A stretch of DNA of 64,000 nt from an uncultured Gemmataceae bacterium (GTDB taxonomy: Bacteria > Planctomycetota > Planctomycetia > Gemmatales > Gemmataceae), in contig CAVVPN010000003.1 of assembly GCA_963750165.1 (NCBI GenBank), positions 1,248,001-1,312,000 of the forward strand. Direction: 5' to 3'. The notes beneath the pieces are model-generated. The model saw only the letters and a program-made list of their open reading frames with translations. It was not told the DNA's origin and made no database searches. Positions within the stretch are counted from its first letter, which is position 1. Every line of letters begins with the position of its first letter. The position numbers and the translations under genes are program-made. Shown here one piece after another: positions 9,838 through 19,504 of the stretch.

Positions 9838-10947
9838 ATGACCTCCCTGCTGCTGCTGGTCTGTCTGACCCTGCCGGCGCAACCGCCGCCGGTGCGTGTC
9901 GTGCCCGCGAAGAACCCGACGCAGGTGGAGGTCATCGCCGCGCTGCCCGCCAAAGCGCTGCCCAAGCTGCCGCAGGGCAAACTCACGCAGGACCAGGGCG
10001 AAACCGTTCTGCGGTTGGCTCTGCTGTCCGCGGGCGAAAAAGAACCTGGCGTCGCCATGCTCGGCAACTACGAGCGCCGCAAGGACGAGTTAATCTTTCG
10101 ACCGCGCTTCGCCCTGCAACACGGCCAGCGCTACCGGGTGTTTTTTGAGCCGGCGCCTGGCAAGGTCACCACCGCGGACTACATGGTGCCGGCGCGGAAG
10201 CCGACGCCACCGGCCATCGTGGAAAAAATCTACCCCACCGCCGACGTGCTGCCGGCCAACCATCTGCGCTTCCACATCCACTTCTCGAAGCCGATGCGCG
10301 GCGGCCCCGACCTGTTCGAGCACATCCAGCTGCTGGACGCGGACGGCAAGGTGATCGACGACCCGTGGCTGACCGACGAACTGTGGGACGCGGATGGCAA
10401 ACAGCTGGTGCTGTACATCCACCCCGGCCGCATCAAGTGGGGCCTCCTGTTGCGCATGCTGCTCGGCCCGGTGCTGGAGCCGGATCGGCGCTACACGCTG
10501 GTGATCGGCGGCGGCCTGCTCGACGCCAACGGGCAACCGCTCGGCAAGGACGTGCGCAAGCCATTCCGCACCAGCGCCGAGGATCGCGTGCGCATCGACC
10601 TGAAAGCGTGGAAGCTGTCGTCGCCGACGGCCGGCACGAAAACGCCCCTGGTGCTGACGCTGCCCAAGCCGGTGGACGTGGCCTCGCTGGAACAGTATGT
10701 GACCGTGACCGACATCAAGGGGGTCGCCATCAAGGGCCGCGTCACCGTCGGGGCGACGGAGAAGACGTGGACGTTTCAGCCGGAGCAGCCGTGGCGGGAG
10801 GGGAAATATCAGGTGAAGGTCAACGGCCGGCTGGAGGATCCGTGCGGCAACACGCCGTTGCGGCCGTTCGACCTTGACGTGGACACGCCGAGACTGCCCG
10901 ACCAGCCGCTGACGCTGCCGTTCCAGACGCTGAAAAGAACCAAATAA
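9838..10947 (+). CDS. Secreted hypothetical protein with Ig-like (SbsA/Big_5-like) domains
   Basis: Short signal peptide; repeated FRPRFAL/FQPEQPW and LLDANG/LEDPCGN Ig-like motifs; PANHLRFHIHFSKPM. Confidence 0.8.
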   Translation: MTSLLLLVCLTLPAQPPPVRVVPAKNPTQVEVIAALPAKALPKLPQGKLTQDQGETVLRLALLSAGEKEPGVAMLGNYERRKDELIFRPRFALQHGQRYRVFFEPAPGKVTTADYMVPARKPTPPAIVEKIYPTADVLPANHLRFHIHFSKPMRGGPDLFEHIQLLDADGKVIDDPWLTDELWDADGKQLVLYIHPGRIKWGLLLRMLLGPVLEPDRRYTLVIGGGLLDANGQPLGKDVRKPFRTSAEDRVRIDLKAWKLSSPTAGTKTPLVLTLPKPVDVASLEQYVTVTDIKGVAIKGRVTVGATEKTWTFQPEQPWREGKYQVKVNGRLEDPCGNTPLRPFDLDVDTPRLPDQPLTLPFQTLKRTK

Positions 10948-10984
10948 AGAAAGCTCACGCCTTTGCCTGAGCTTTTATCCTGAA

Positions 10985-12403
10985 TCAATCCACCTTCGGC
11001 CGCCGCGTGTGCCAGTCGGTCGCCTGCTGGTAGCGGTGCGCGATCGTCAGCAGCCGGGCCTCGCTCCAGACGCGGCCAGTGAACTGAATGCCCGTCGGCA
11101 GGTTGTTCTCGCCGAAGCCGTTCGGCACCGAAATCGCCGGCTGCCCGACAAGGTTGCCTGCCGGGATCAACGCCGGGCCGCCGCGGAACTTCGGATACGC
11201 CTTGTCGAAATCGACGCCGACCGGGTACGCCACGGTGCCGCGCAACGGCGCCACGAGCGCGTCAAACTTCGCATACAACTCGTCGAAGGTGCGCTTCATG
11301 ACCGTGCGCACGCGCAGCGCCTGGAGGTAATCGACGGCGAACACGGTCGTGCCGGCGTAGCCGCCCCAGCGGTCGTTGACGGCGCGCAGTTCACGCGGGC
11401 CGCCGCGGTCCAAAAACTCGCGGAAAGCGTTGGCCGCCTCAGCGCCGAGGATCGTGCTGACCACCGGCCCAAACGGCTGGCCCGGCAACTCCACCGTGTC
11501 AATGGTGCAGCCCTGCTTGCGCAGCACCGCCAGCGCCGCCTCGAAATTCTTGACCACCGCTTCCTGGCAGCCGGTCGTCGCATTCTTGACGACGCCGACG
11601 CGGAACTGCTTGCCCTTGTCCTTGGGCGGCTCCGGGTAGTGGAACGCCCGCGTCACACTGCTGGCGTCGCGCGCGTCGCGGCCGGCGATGGCGGCCAGCA
11701 CGATGCCGCAACAGTCGGCACTGCGGCACATCGGCCCCAGTTTGTCGAGCGTCCAGCTCAGGGCCATGGCGCCGTGGCGGCTGACGCGGCCGTAGGTCGG
11801 CCGCAGACCGCTGACGCCGCAGAACGCCGCCGGCGTCATGATCGAGCCGGACGTTTCCGAGCCGATGGTGAACGCACACAGCCCCGCCGCCATTGCCGCA
11901 CCAGGGCCGGACGACGAGCCGCCCGACCAGAACTTGGTGTTCCACGGTGTCCGGCACGGCCCGGTGAACGAGGCGTCCGCGTTGTTGTAGCCGAAGCCGC
12001 CAGCCAGCTCGACCATCGCCAGCTTGGCCACCAGCACCGCCCCGGCGTCGCGCAGCTTGCGCACCACCGTGGCGTCGTAATCGAAGACCTGCTTGCGATA
12101 CGGCTCGGCGCCCCAGGTGGTCGGAATGCCGGCGGTCGCCAGCAGGTCCTTGACGCCGTAGGGGACGCCGTGCAGCGGGCCGCGGTACTTGCCCGCCCGC
12201 ATCTCCTCGTCGGCGGCGCGGGCCTGCTTCAGCGCCAGGTCGCGCGTCACCGTCACGACGGCGCCGAGCTTGGGGCCGAGCTTTTCCAGGCGCCCAAGGT
12301 ACGCCTCGGTCAGCGCCACCGGCGACACCTTGCGCTGGCGGAGGCGGTTGCCCAGCTCGCGCAGCGGCAGGAAGAGCACGTCGTCCGAAATGTCCTGGGC
12401 CAT
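10985..12403 (-). CDS. Amidase signature family enzyme (GatA/AtzE-like)
   Basis: GPLHGVPYGVKDL, GGSSSG, GSETSGSI (Lys-cisSer-Ser triad), GLRPTYGRVS. Confidence 0.93.
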   Translation of the reverse strand: MAQDISDDVLFLPLRELGNRLRQRKVSPVALTEAYLGRLEKLGPKLGAVVTVTRDLALKQARAADEEMRAGKYRGPLHGVPYGVKDLLATAGIPTTWGAEPYRKQVFDYDATVVRKLRDAGAVLVAKLAMVELAGGFGYNNADASFTGPCRTPWNTKFWSGGSSSGPGAAMAAGLCAFTIGSETSGSIMTPAAFCGVSGLRPTYGRVSRHGAMALSWTLDKLGPMCRSADCCGIVLAAIAGRDARDASSVTRAFHYPEPPKDKGKQFRVGVVKNATTGCQEAVVKNFEAALAVLRKQGCTIDTVELPGQPFGPVVSTILGAEAANAFREFLDRGGPRELRAVNDRWGGYAGTTVFAVDYLQALRVRTVMKRTFDELYAKFDALVAPLRGTVAYPVGVDFDKAYPKFRGGPALIPAGNLVGQPAISVPNGFGENNLPTGIQFTGRVWSEARLLTIAHRYQQATDWHTRRPKVD

Positions 12404-12433
12404 GAGCGGCACTCCATCAAGCAGGGGTGGGCG

Positions 12434-12763
12434 TCAGCCGGGCACGTCCGCCGGGAAAACGGTGGCGGGCTCGTCGTGACTGGTCAGCGGGAAGTCGCGC
12501 AAGCGGCGGGCCATGGCCAGGCCGGCGCGGATGCGCTGCTGGATCCGTTTGAGTTGTTCGTCGGTAAGGAACTTGCCGTGCCGGCCGCGTACGATGCCGG
12601 CCAGCGACGCGGCCTGGGCGGTCAGGGTTTCGGCGGCGGCCGGTGGATCGCCGGCCTGCGGCACGGGCGCCGCGGCGGCGGGCGCGGCGGCGGTCAGCGG
12701 CGCGACGGCCACCAGCGCAGCCCGTTTGGCGAACTGGCGGCGCGTGGGTTTGGACTGACTCAT
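12434..12763 (-). CDS. Small Tat-signal protein upstream of the amidase
   Basis: GAGGAGG RBS; MSQSKPTRRQFAK twin-arginine motif; C-terminal LRDFPLTSHDEPATVF resembling GatC/AtzG-type tails. Confidence 0.75.
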   Translation of the reverse strand: MSQSKPTRRQFAKRAALVAVAPLTAAAPAAAAPVPQAGDPPAAAETLTAQAASLAGIVRGRHGKFLTDEQLKRIQQRIRAGLAMARRLRDFPLTSHDEPATVFPADVPG

Positions 12764-12799
12764 GACAGAACCTCCTCGAAGGGACCGGGCCCCTGTCTG

Positions 12800-12878
12800 T
12801 TCTGCCGCTTGCGGCTTAGCGCGCTGCACCCCTCCAGTGACAGGCATTTGTCAGAGCGCTAAGCCGCAAGCGGCAGAA
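12800..12878. repeat. Palindromic repeat family B (uninterrupted copy)
   Basis: ttctgccgcttgcggcttagcgc...gcgctaagccgcaagcggcagaa; relatives at 15793-16026, 42851-42870, 47178-47646, 54326-54397. Confidence 0.9.
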
Positions 12879-13091
12879 ATGCTGCGGACAGCGTACCGCA
12901 GCGGCGCCGCGGAGACAAGCGCGAACCATTTTGTGGCGGCGTGCCATTGCCCACGGCGGCCGGCTTCGAGTACGATCAACCGACGACAACCCCACTCCCA
13001 ATCCGAGGCGGGCACGTCCGGAAGAGCCTGGTGCCGGCCGCCGCCGCTGGGGCCGTAGCGTTCCTCTACCTTTCTCCAGCAAGGAGCCCGT

Positions 13092-15785
13092 ATGCGTACG
13101 CACACGCGCCGCCGACTCACGTTCGCGGTCCTGGCCGTCACCGCCGCCCTGACCGCCGCGGTCGTCTGGCACAACGCCTCGTCCAGCGCCAACCAGTTCG
13201 AGAAAGACAACCAGGCCGATCCGCTGGCCGACAAGCAGGCCGCCGCCGCGGCGCTGCCGATCACGCAGGTGGTGCTGTTCAATAGCGGCGTCGGCTACTA
13301 CCAGCGCGAGGGCGATGTGCAGGGCGACAACCACGTCGAATTGTCCTTCCCCGCCGGCGAGGTCAACGACCTGCTCAAGAGCCTGGTATTGCAGGATCAG
13401 GACAAGGGCAAGGTCGGCGTCATCACCTACGACAGCCACGATCCCGTGGACAAGACGCTGCGCAGTTTCGCCGTCAACCTGAACGGCAACCCCACCTTCG
13501 CCCAGATTCTCAACCAGGCCCGCGGCGAAAAGGTGGAAGTCGTCTACCGCCCACGCAAGGAAGCGGCGGTCGAGAAGCTCAGCGGTATCATCGTCGGCAT
13601 GGAAGCCCAGACCCAGCGGATCGACAAGGACCGCGTCGTCGAGGTCGAGTTGCTGAACCTGCTCAGCCGCGCAGGCTTGCAGAGCCTGGCGCTGGAGCGG
13701 GTGGAATCGGTGCGCTTTTTGAACCCGGCGCTGCAGACGGAGTTCGAGCGAGCGCTGCAGGTGGTGGCGTCGGCCCACGACACGCAGAAGAAGACGATTC
13801 GGCTGCAGTTCGTCGGCAACGGCAAGCGGCGCGTGAAGGTCGGCTACGTGGTGGAGCGGCCGATCTGGAAGACGAGCTATCGGCTACTGATTCAGGACGA
13901 TGGCAAGCTGTTCGTGCAGGGCTGGGCGCTGGTCGAGAACACCAGCGACGACGACTGGAAGGGCGTGCGCGTCGTCCTTGTCTCGGGTCGGCTCATCTCC
14001 TACCAGATGGATTTGTACACGCCGCTGTACGTGCCGCGGCCGGTGGTCGAGCCTGAGTTGTTCGCGTCGCTGCGGCCGCCGGTGTACTCCGGGGCGATGG
14101 GCGGCGATAAGGTGGATAGGTTGTCCCTGGAAGAAAAAATCAGACCGATGCAAGATAGCGTGGTGGGAGGGAAAGGCGGCCGATTCGGCAAGAAAGTGAA
14201 GGAGCAAGAGGAGGAGCGGGAACGGGAGCCGGCCACCGGGAGGCTGCTCAAGAGCCCTTACCTCAACCTGCTGCGGTCGGGCTCGGACCCGGCGATCAAC
14301 TACTACGGCATCGTCCGGCCCGAAATCGCGTTCCCGAAGAAACTGACCTACGAGGAATTGCAACAGCGCCGCGCCGAGCAGGAGAATAAGAAGGACGAGG
14401 CCAAAAAGATCGGCGCCTCAGTGACCGGGATGAACTTCAAGGAGGGCATCACCTCGGTGGCGACCGCGGAGGAACTGGGCGACTACCACCAGTACGTCAT
14501 CGACCAGAAGGTGACGCTGCTGCGGCAGAAGTCGGCCATGCTGCCCATCCTCAACCGCAACCTCGAGGGGCGCAAGGTCAGCATCTACAACGAGAGCGTT
14601 CACGCCAAATACCCGCTGCTGGGCCTGCGCCTGAAGAACACTTCAGGCCAACCGCTGACGCAGGGGCCGATCACCGTTTACGAGGATGGCGCTTATGCCG
14701 GCGACACGCGCATCCTCGACCTGCAACCCAACGAAGAACGGCTGCTCAGCTACGCGCTCGACCAGGGCACCGAGGTCAAGGTGACGAACAAGGTGACGCC
14801 GAGCCCGGACATGCACTTCAAGATCGGCGGCGACAACCTGACGGCCAATTACAAACTGCGGCAGACGCGCACCTACACCATCAAGAACCGTTCGCCACGC
14901 GACCGCCAGGTCATCCTCGAACACCCCATCCGCAGCGACTGGCAGCTGGTCTCGCCAGCGAAGCCGAAGGAACGCAGCCGCGATGTCTACCGCTTCCAGG
15001 TGTCTGTGCCAGCCGGCAAGACCGGCACCTTCGATGTGGTCGAGGACCAGAAGCGGATCGACGTGGTGGCGCTGACCACCACGAAGGACGTGCCGCCGTT
15101 CTACGCGGTCGCGGCCGGCGTCGAGGTCAAGCCGCTCGTCAAGGTCGAAGCGGATGAACTGCTGAGCCTGAAGATCGTCAAGGGCGTGCTGCTGCCGACG
15201 CACCGCACCCGCGAGTCAAAGACGTACTTCATCCAGAATACCAGCGACGAGGACCGCACGTTCACGGTCGATCACCTCGTCCGCAAGGACTACAAGCGTC
15301 TGAGCCCGGACGGCGACCAGACCGGCCCCGCCGCGTACCGCTTTGAGCTGAAGGTGCCGGCGCACAAGACCGGCCTGAAGGAAGTGACCGAGGAGTGCGT
15401 CCACCAGGCCCGCGCGGAGCACTTCAAGCGCGCGACCCTTGAGGATGTGCGGCCCGAGTATTTGACCAGTCCGGCGGTCAACGCCAGGGTCAAGAACGCG
15501 CTGAAGAAGTATCTCGACCTGAACGCCCAGGCGACCGAGACGAAGCGGAAACTGGACGAGCAGAAGGAGCAGCTCAAGATTTTGACGGAGGACCAGGCCC
15601 GGCTGCGCGAGAACCTCAAGATCATTCCGCAGACCGCCGACGAGTACAAGGGCTTCCTGCAGAAATTCGTGGCCCGCGAGGCGGAGATCGACGCTCACCA
15701 GAAGCAGGTCCGCCAGCTGGAGACGGCACTGCTCCAGCAACAGCGCGCGGTCGAGGCGTACCTGACGGCGCTGACCGCGGAGTGA
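13092..15785 (+). CDS. DUF4139/DUF4140-like exported protein
   Basis: LPITQVVLFNSGVGYY, NDLLKSL, PIWKTSYRL, QGWALVENTSDDDW; N-terminal TM or signal, C-terminal coiled coil. Confidence 0.85.
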   Translation: MRTHTRRRLTFAVLAVTAALTAAVVWHNASSSANQFEKDNQADPLADKQAAAAALPITQVVLFNSGVGYYQREGDVQGDNHVELSFPAGEVNDLLKSLVLQDQDKGKVGVITYDSHDPVDKTLRSFAVNLNGNPTFAQILNQARGEKVEVVYRPRKEAAVEKLSGIIVGMEAQTQRIDKDRVVEVELLNLLSRAGLQSLALERVESVRFLNPALQTEFERALQVVASAHDTQKKTIRLQFVGNGKRRVKVGYVVERPIWKTSYRLLIQDDGKLFVQGWALVENTSDDDWKGVRVVLVSGRLISYQMDLYTPLYVPRPVVEPELFASLRPPVYSGAMGGDKVDRLSLEEKIRPMQDSVVGGKGGRFGKKVKEQEEEREREPATGRLLKSPYLNLLRSGSDPAINYYGIVRPEIAFPKKLTYEELQQRRAEQENKKDEAKKIGASVTGMNFKEGITSVATAEELGDYHQYVIDQKVTLLRQKSAMLPILNRNLEGRKVSIYNESVHAKYPLLGLRLKNTSGQPLTQGPITVYEDGAYAGDTRILDLQPNEERLLSYALDQGTEVKVTNKVTPSPDMHFKIGGDNLTANYKLRQTRTYTIKNRSPRDRQVILEHPIRSDWQLVSPAKPKERSRDVYRFQVSVPAGKTGTFDVVEDQKRIDVVALTTTKDVPPFYAVAAGVEVKPLVKVEADELLSLKIVKGVLLPTHRTRESKTYFIQNTSDEDRTFTVDHLVRKDYKRLSPDGDQTGPAAYRFELKVPAHKTGLKEVTEECVHQARAEHFKRATLEDVRPEYLTSPAVNARVKNALKKYLDLNAQATETKRKLDEQKEQLKILTEDQARLRENLKIIPQTADEYKGFLQKFVAREAEIDAHQKQVRQLETALLQQQRAVEAYLTALTAE

Positions 15786-15856
15786 GGGTTTTTCTGCCGC
15801 TTGCGGCTTAGCGCGCTGCAACCCATCTAACGTGAGAAGGGTCGCAGCGCGCTAAG

Positions 15857-16007
15857 TGGTCCGTACCGCAATTAACTGGAGGGTTGGGGGTGACGGCCTG
15901 GGACCGTAGGACGGCTCTCCAGAGCCGTCCCGCTCACCCCGGGACGGCTCTGGAGAGCCGTCCTACGAACGATCCCGCAACCCTCCAGTTAATTGCGGTA
16001 CGAACCA
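15857..16007. mobile_element. 151-bp MITE copy 1, inserted in a family B palindrome
   Basis: ~30-bp terminal inverted repeats tggtccgtaccgcaattaactggagggttg / caaccctccagttaattgcggtacgaacca; CTAAG duplicated on both sides; internal REP doublet at 15905-15967. Confidence 0.9.
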
Positions 16008-16070
16008 CTAAGCCGCAAGCGGCAGACAAGATGATGGGCAGCGCCGGGCTGTACAGGGAGGCGCCAGACC

Positions 16071-16640
16071 GTGACCACACCGCAAAAACCCGGTGCGCCG
16101 TGCGACCTGCTCGGGCGCGTGCTGTGGCACGAGCCGGGAGCGTGGCCGCGCCTGGTGAGCCTGTGTGCGCCGCAGGTCTACGCCTGGCTGCGGCAGGGCG
16201 GACTGACGCCCGGCGAGGCCGTGGACGCCGGCCACACCGCCTTCGCCCGGCTGGCGCAGACGCTGCACACCTTCCGACCCGACCACGGCACCTTCTGTGC
16301 CTGGCTGCGCGGCCTGACCCGGCGGCAACTCCAGGAACACCGGTCCCGTCAGCAAACCCAGGACACCCCCGTGATCGGCGGCTCCAACGCGCCGCCCACC
16401 CCGAGCCCTACACCCGCCAACGGCCCGGTATGTCCGTTGCTGCTGGCCCGCGCCCTGGACCTGCTGCAGCCGGAATTCGAGGCGACCCACTGGCAAGCGT
16501 TCCAGCGCCTGGCGGTTGAGGGCCAGTCCGCCGCCGCCGCCGCCGCCGAACTGCGCCTGAGCGCCGCGGACGTGTACCTGGCCCAGGCCCGCATCCTGTG
16601 CCGGCTCCGCCAGGAGTTCGAGAATTTGATTGATTTGTGA
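16071..16640 (+). CDS. ECF sigma-70 factor, divergent (planctomycete kinase-associated type)
   Basis: AWPRLV...VYAWLRQGGL...GTFCAWLR (region 2); HWQAFQRLAVEG...AAELRLS...VYLAQARILCRLRQE (region 4); GGAGG RBS. Confidence 0.8.
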   Translation: MTTPQKPGAPCDLLGRVLWHEPGAWPRLVSLCAPQVYAWLRQGGLTPGEAVDAGHTAFARLAQTLHTFRPDHGTFCAWLRGLTRRQLQEHRSRQQTQDTPVIGGSNAPPTPSPTPANGPVCPLLLARALDLLQPEFEATHWQAFQRLAVEGQSAAAAAAELRLSAADVYLAQARILCRLRQEFENLIDL

Positions 16641-16734
16641 GCGCCGGTCGTTAAAGTGGGAGGCGTCACCCCGGGTGGGGTGGAGTTCTTCGTGCGCAGT
16701 TTCATCATCACTCCCAGGTCATTACCCAAGAGTC

Positions 16735-18778
16735 ATGCCCGTGGCCACCGCGACCCCACCGCCCGAGCCCGGCTGCTGTCCCGACGCCGATTCGCTGGGC
16801 GCGTTCCTGCTCGGCCGCGCCACCGCTGCCGCGCTGGAGGAAGTTGCCGGCCACCTGGCCGGCTGCGTCGCCTGCACCACCGTCGTGGGCCGGATGCAAG
16901 GAGCGCGACGGCGACTGCCGGCGCCCCTGGGCCGAATGCCGGTCGAGCAGTCGTACGCCCCCGAGCGCGAGCGCGACAAGCTGGAGGCCAGCGCCGCCGG
17001 CCTGCCGGTGGCGGACGGCCCGGCCCCGGATCACGGTCCGCGTCCGGCTGTCGTCGGACTGCGGCAAATCAACCAGTACGTGTTGCTGGAACTGCTCGGT
17101 CAGGGCGGCATGGGGGCGGTCTTCCTGGCCCGCAACGTCCACCTGAACAAGTCCGTGGCCCTGAAACTCTTGCGCGGAGCACTTCGACGGGCCGCAGGCG
17201 CTGGCGCGCTTCCGCCGCGAGATGCTGGCGGTCGGCGCCCTGAACCACCCCAACGTCATTCAGGCCCTGGACGGCGGCGAGGCAGACGGCCGGCCCTTCC
17301 TGGTGATGGAACTGGCCGACGGCCTGGACCTGCACCGCCTGTCTGTCCGCCGCGGCCCGCTGGCGGTGGCGGACGCCTGTGAGTTGATTCGCCAGGCGGC
17401 GCTGGGCCTGCAGCACGTCCACGAGGGCGGCCTGGTCCACCGCGACGTGAAGCCGAGCAACCTCTTCCTGACGGCGGACGGCGTGGTCAAGGTGCTCGAC
17501 CTGGGGCTGGCCCGGCCGCGCGCCGTTCCGCCCGACCCCGAGGCGGGACCGATCACCGCCCCGGGCCAGGTGATGGGCACGGCGGACTTCATGGCTCCCG
17601 AACAGGGGCAGGACGCGCAGGTCGCCGACCTCCGTTCGGACCTGTACAGCCTCGGCTGCGCTTTCTACAAACTGCTCGCCGGCCACGCCCCGTTCGAGCG
17701 TCCCGACCTGCCCACGCCCACCCACAAGCTCCGCGCCCACGCTGGCCAGGACGCGCCGCCCCTGGAGCGCACGGACCTGCCCGCCGAGGTGGGGGCGCTG
17801 CTGCGGTGCCTGCTGGCCCGCGACCCGGCGGAGCGGCCAGCCACCGCCGCAGAGGTCGCCACCGCCCTGGAACCGTTCGCCGCCGGCGCCGACCTGCCCG
17901 ACCTGGTGCGTCATGCTCGCCGTGTCCCTTCCGGCGGCACGACGGTGGCGACGCCGCGCCCCGCCGCGCCGTCCACGCGGATCGCCCCCCACCGCCGTCG
18001 GGTGCGGTGGGGGGTTGGCGCGGTGGTGCTGCTGGCGGTACTGGTGCCGCTCAGTTGGCTGGGCTGGCAGGCCGCCTTCCCGGTCAAGCAGGTCGATGCC
18101 GAACCACAAAACGTCAACCAGGAGTCACCCGTGCCCCGCCTTCGCGACCGCTGGGAGTTCGGCCGACAGAACCACCTGCTCCAGCATTCACCCTTCTCCG
18201 CCGACCGCGACCCCACCCTGCGCAACACCCACTTGCAGTTCCTGCCCGACCGGGAGGAACTCATCGTGAACACCGACAACGTGGTGCTGGTGCCGCTCGG
18301 CCGGGTGCAGCGGGTCGATTACCGCTTGCAGGTGAACATCCGCCAGAACACCTGGACCGGCGGCACGGGCGTCTACTTCGGCTACCGCGACGCCGTGGTG
18401 GACGGCAAGCCGGGCAAGCAGTTTTTCACGATCACCCTGGAGCGCTCCCCCTCCAATAAACTCCAGGCGTCGTTCCAGCTCCTCTGGAGCCGGCACCAGG
18501 AGCCGGACCGGTTGGGCAACTCGCGGATTGACCAGTTGCGCGCCGTGCCGTTGAGACTGCCACCCCCCGAGACCTCCCTGGAAATCAACGTCACCCAGAA
18601 CGGGGTGAAGGAGGTGCGCTGGGACGGCGCCCCCCTCCCCGACCTGGTGAAGTTGCACCCGAACGTCGGCCGCCTGGCCGCCGCCGACTTTGACGGCACC
18701 TTCGGCCTTTACAACGTCCATAGTTCCACCATGTACCGGAACGCGAACCTTCTGGTGTTTGAAAGGAACGTCCCCTGA
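16735..18778 (+). CDS. Membrane Ser/Thr protein kinase with N-terminal zinc-finger (ZAS-like) domain; frameshift near 17173
   Basis: C..HLAGCVAC, LGQGGMGAV, VALK in the first frame; HRDVKPSN, DLG, MAPEQ, TM helix and extracellular domain in the second frame. Confidence 0.88.
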
Positions 18779-19356
18779 TGGCCAAGAAAACCGCCCCCAA
18801 AAAGCCGGCTGCCTCCAAGCGGCCCGCCAAGAAGACCGCCGCCGCCCGCACGCAGGCGCCCAACAATGCCGTCAAGGCCCCGCTCAAAAAGGCACCGACC
18901 CGGCAGCAGACCTTGAAGAACCCGATCCCCAAGCCCGTGCCCGCCTCCTTGACGATCACCGTGCCGGTCGCCAACGGCCAGGCCCTGGTGCTGTGCCAGA
19001 AGGGGTCCACCACCGGGAGCATTTGCGCTCAGGGGAGTGTAGTGCCACCCGACGGGTTGAGTGTGGAGCAGGTCGTGGCCAAGATCTACCCCGGGGACTT
19101 CCCCCCGGCCAAGATCCCCAGTACCCCTGTGAATGTGCCCAACCTCACCACGGGTAACATCGATTCGCTGCCTAACTGGCAGTTCATCGCCGCCGACTGC
19201 AACCTGATCCCGGGCGCCGCGGCGGCCAGCGCCGCCCCGTACCCAAGCAACATCCTCGCGGTCTGGGCTGAGTGGAGTTCCGACCCGGCCACCTACCTCC
19301 TGGCGACCGAATACTTCGACGGCGTCGTCTCCAACCAGACCGACTGCGATTCCTGA
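18778..19356 (+). CDS. Hypothetical protein with Lys/Ala/Pro-rich basic N-terminus
   Basis: ATG overlaps the kinase stop (TGATG); MAKKTAPKKPAASKRPAKK then a beta-rich Cys-containing domain. Confidence 0.7.
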   Translation: MAKKTAPKKPAASKRPAKKTAAARTQAPNNAVKAPLKKAPTRQQTLKNPIPKPVPASLTITVPVANGQALVLCQKGSTTGSICAQGSVVPPDGLSVEQVVAKIYPGDFPPAKIPSTPVNVPNLTTGNIDSLPNWQFIAADCNLIPGAAAASAAPYPSNILAVWAEWSSDPATYLLATEYFDGVVSNQTDCDS

Positions 19357-19504
19357 TGCCGGATCGCCCTGCTGCGTTGTGGAGGAACGGAATGAGTTGG
19401 GTTGCGCGAAGACCTCGTGGCCCAGCACGAAGGGCGAGTCCAGGTCGTCCACCACCTGCACGTTGGACAGCGGCCGAAAGGTCTTCTCCTTGTCCAGGCC
19501 CAGC

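Noticed and set aside
10985..12763. Annotation as gatA/gatC
   Set aside because: No gatB adjacent, the small protein has a Tat signal, and the amidase has GSETSGS rather than the GatA-type GSDTGGS
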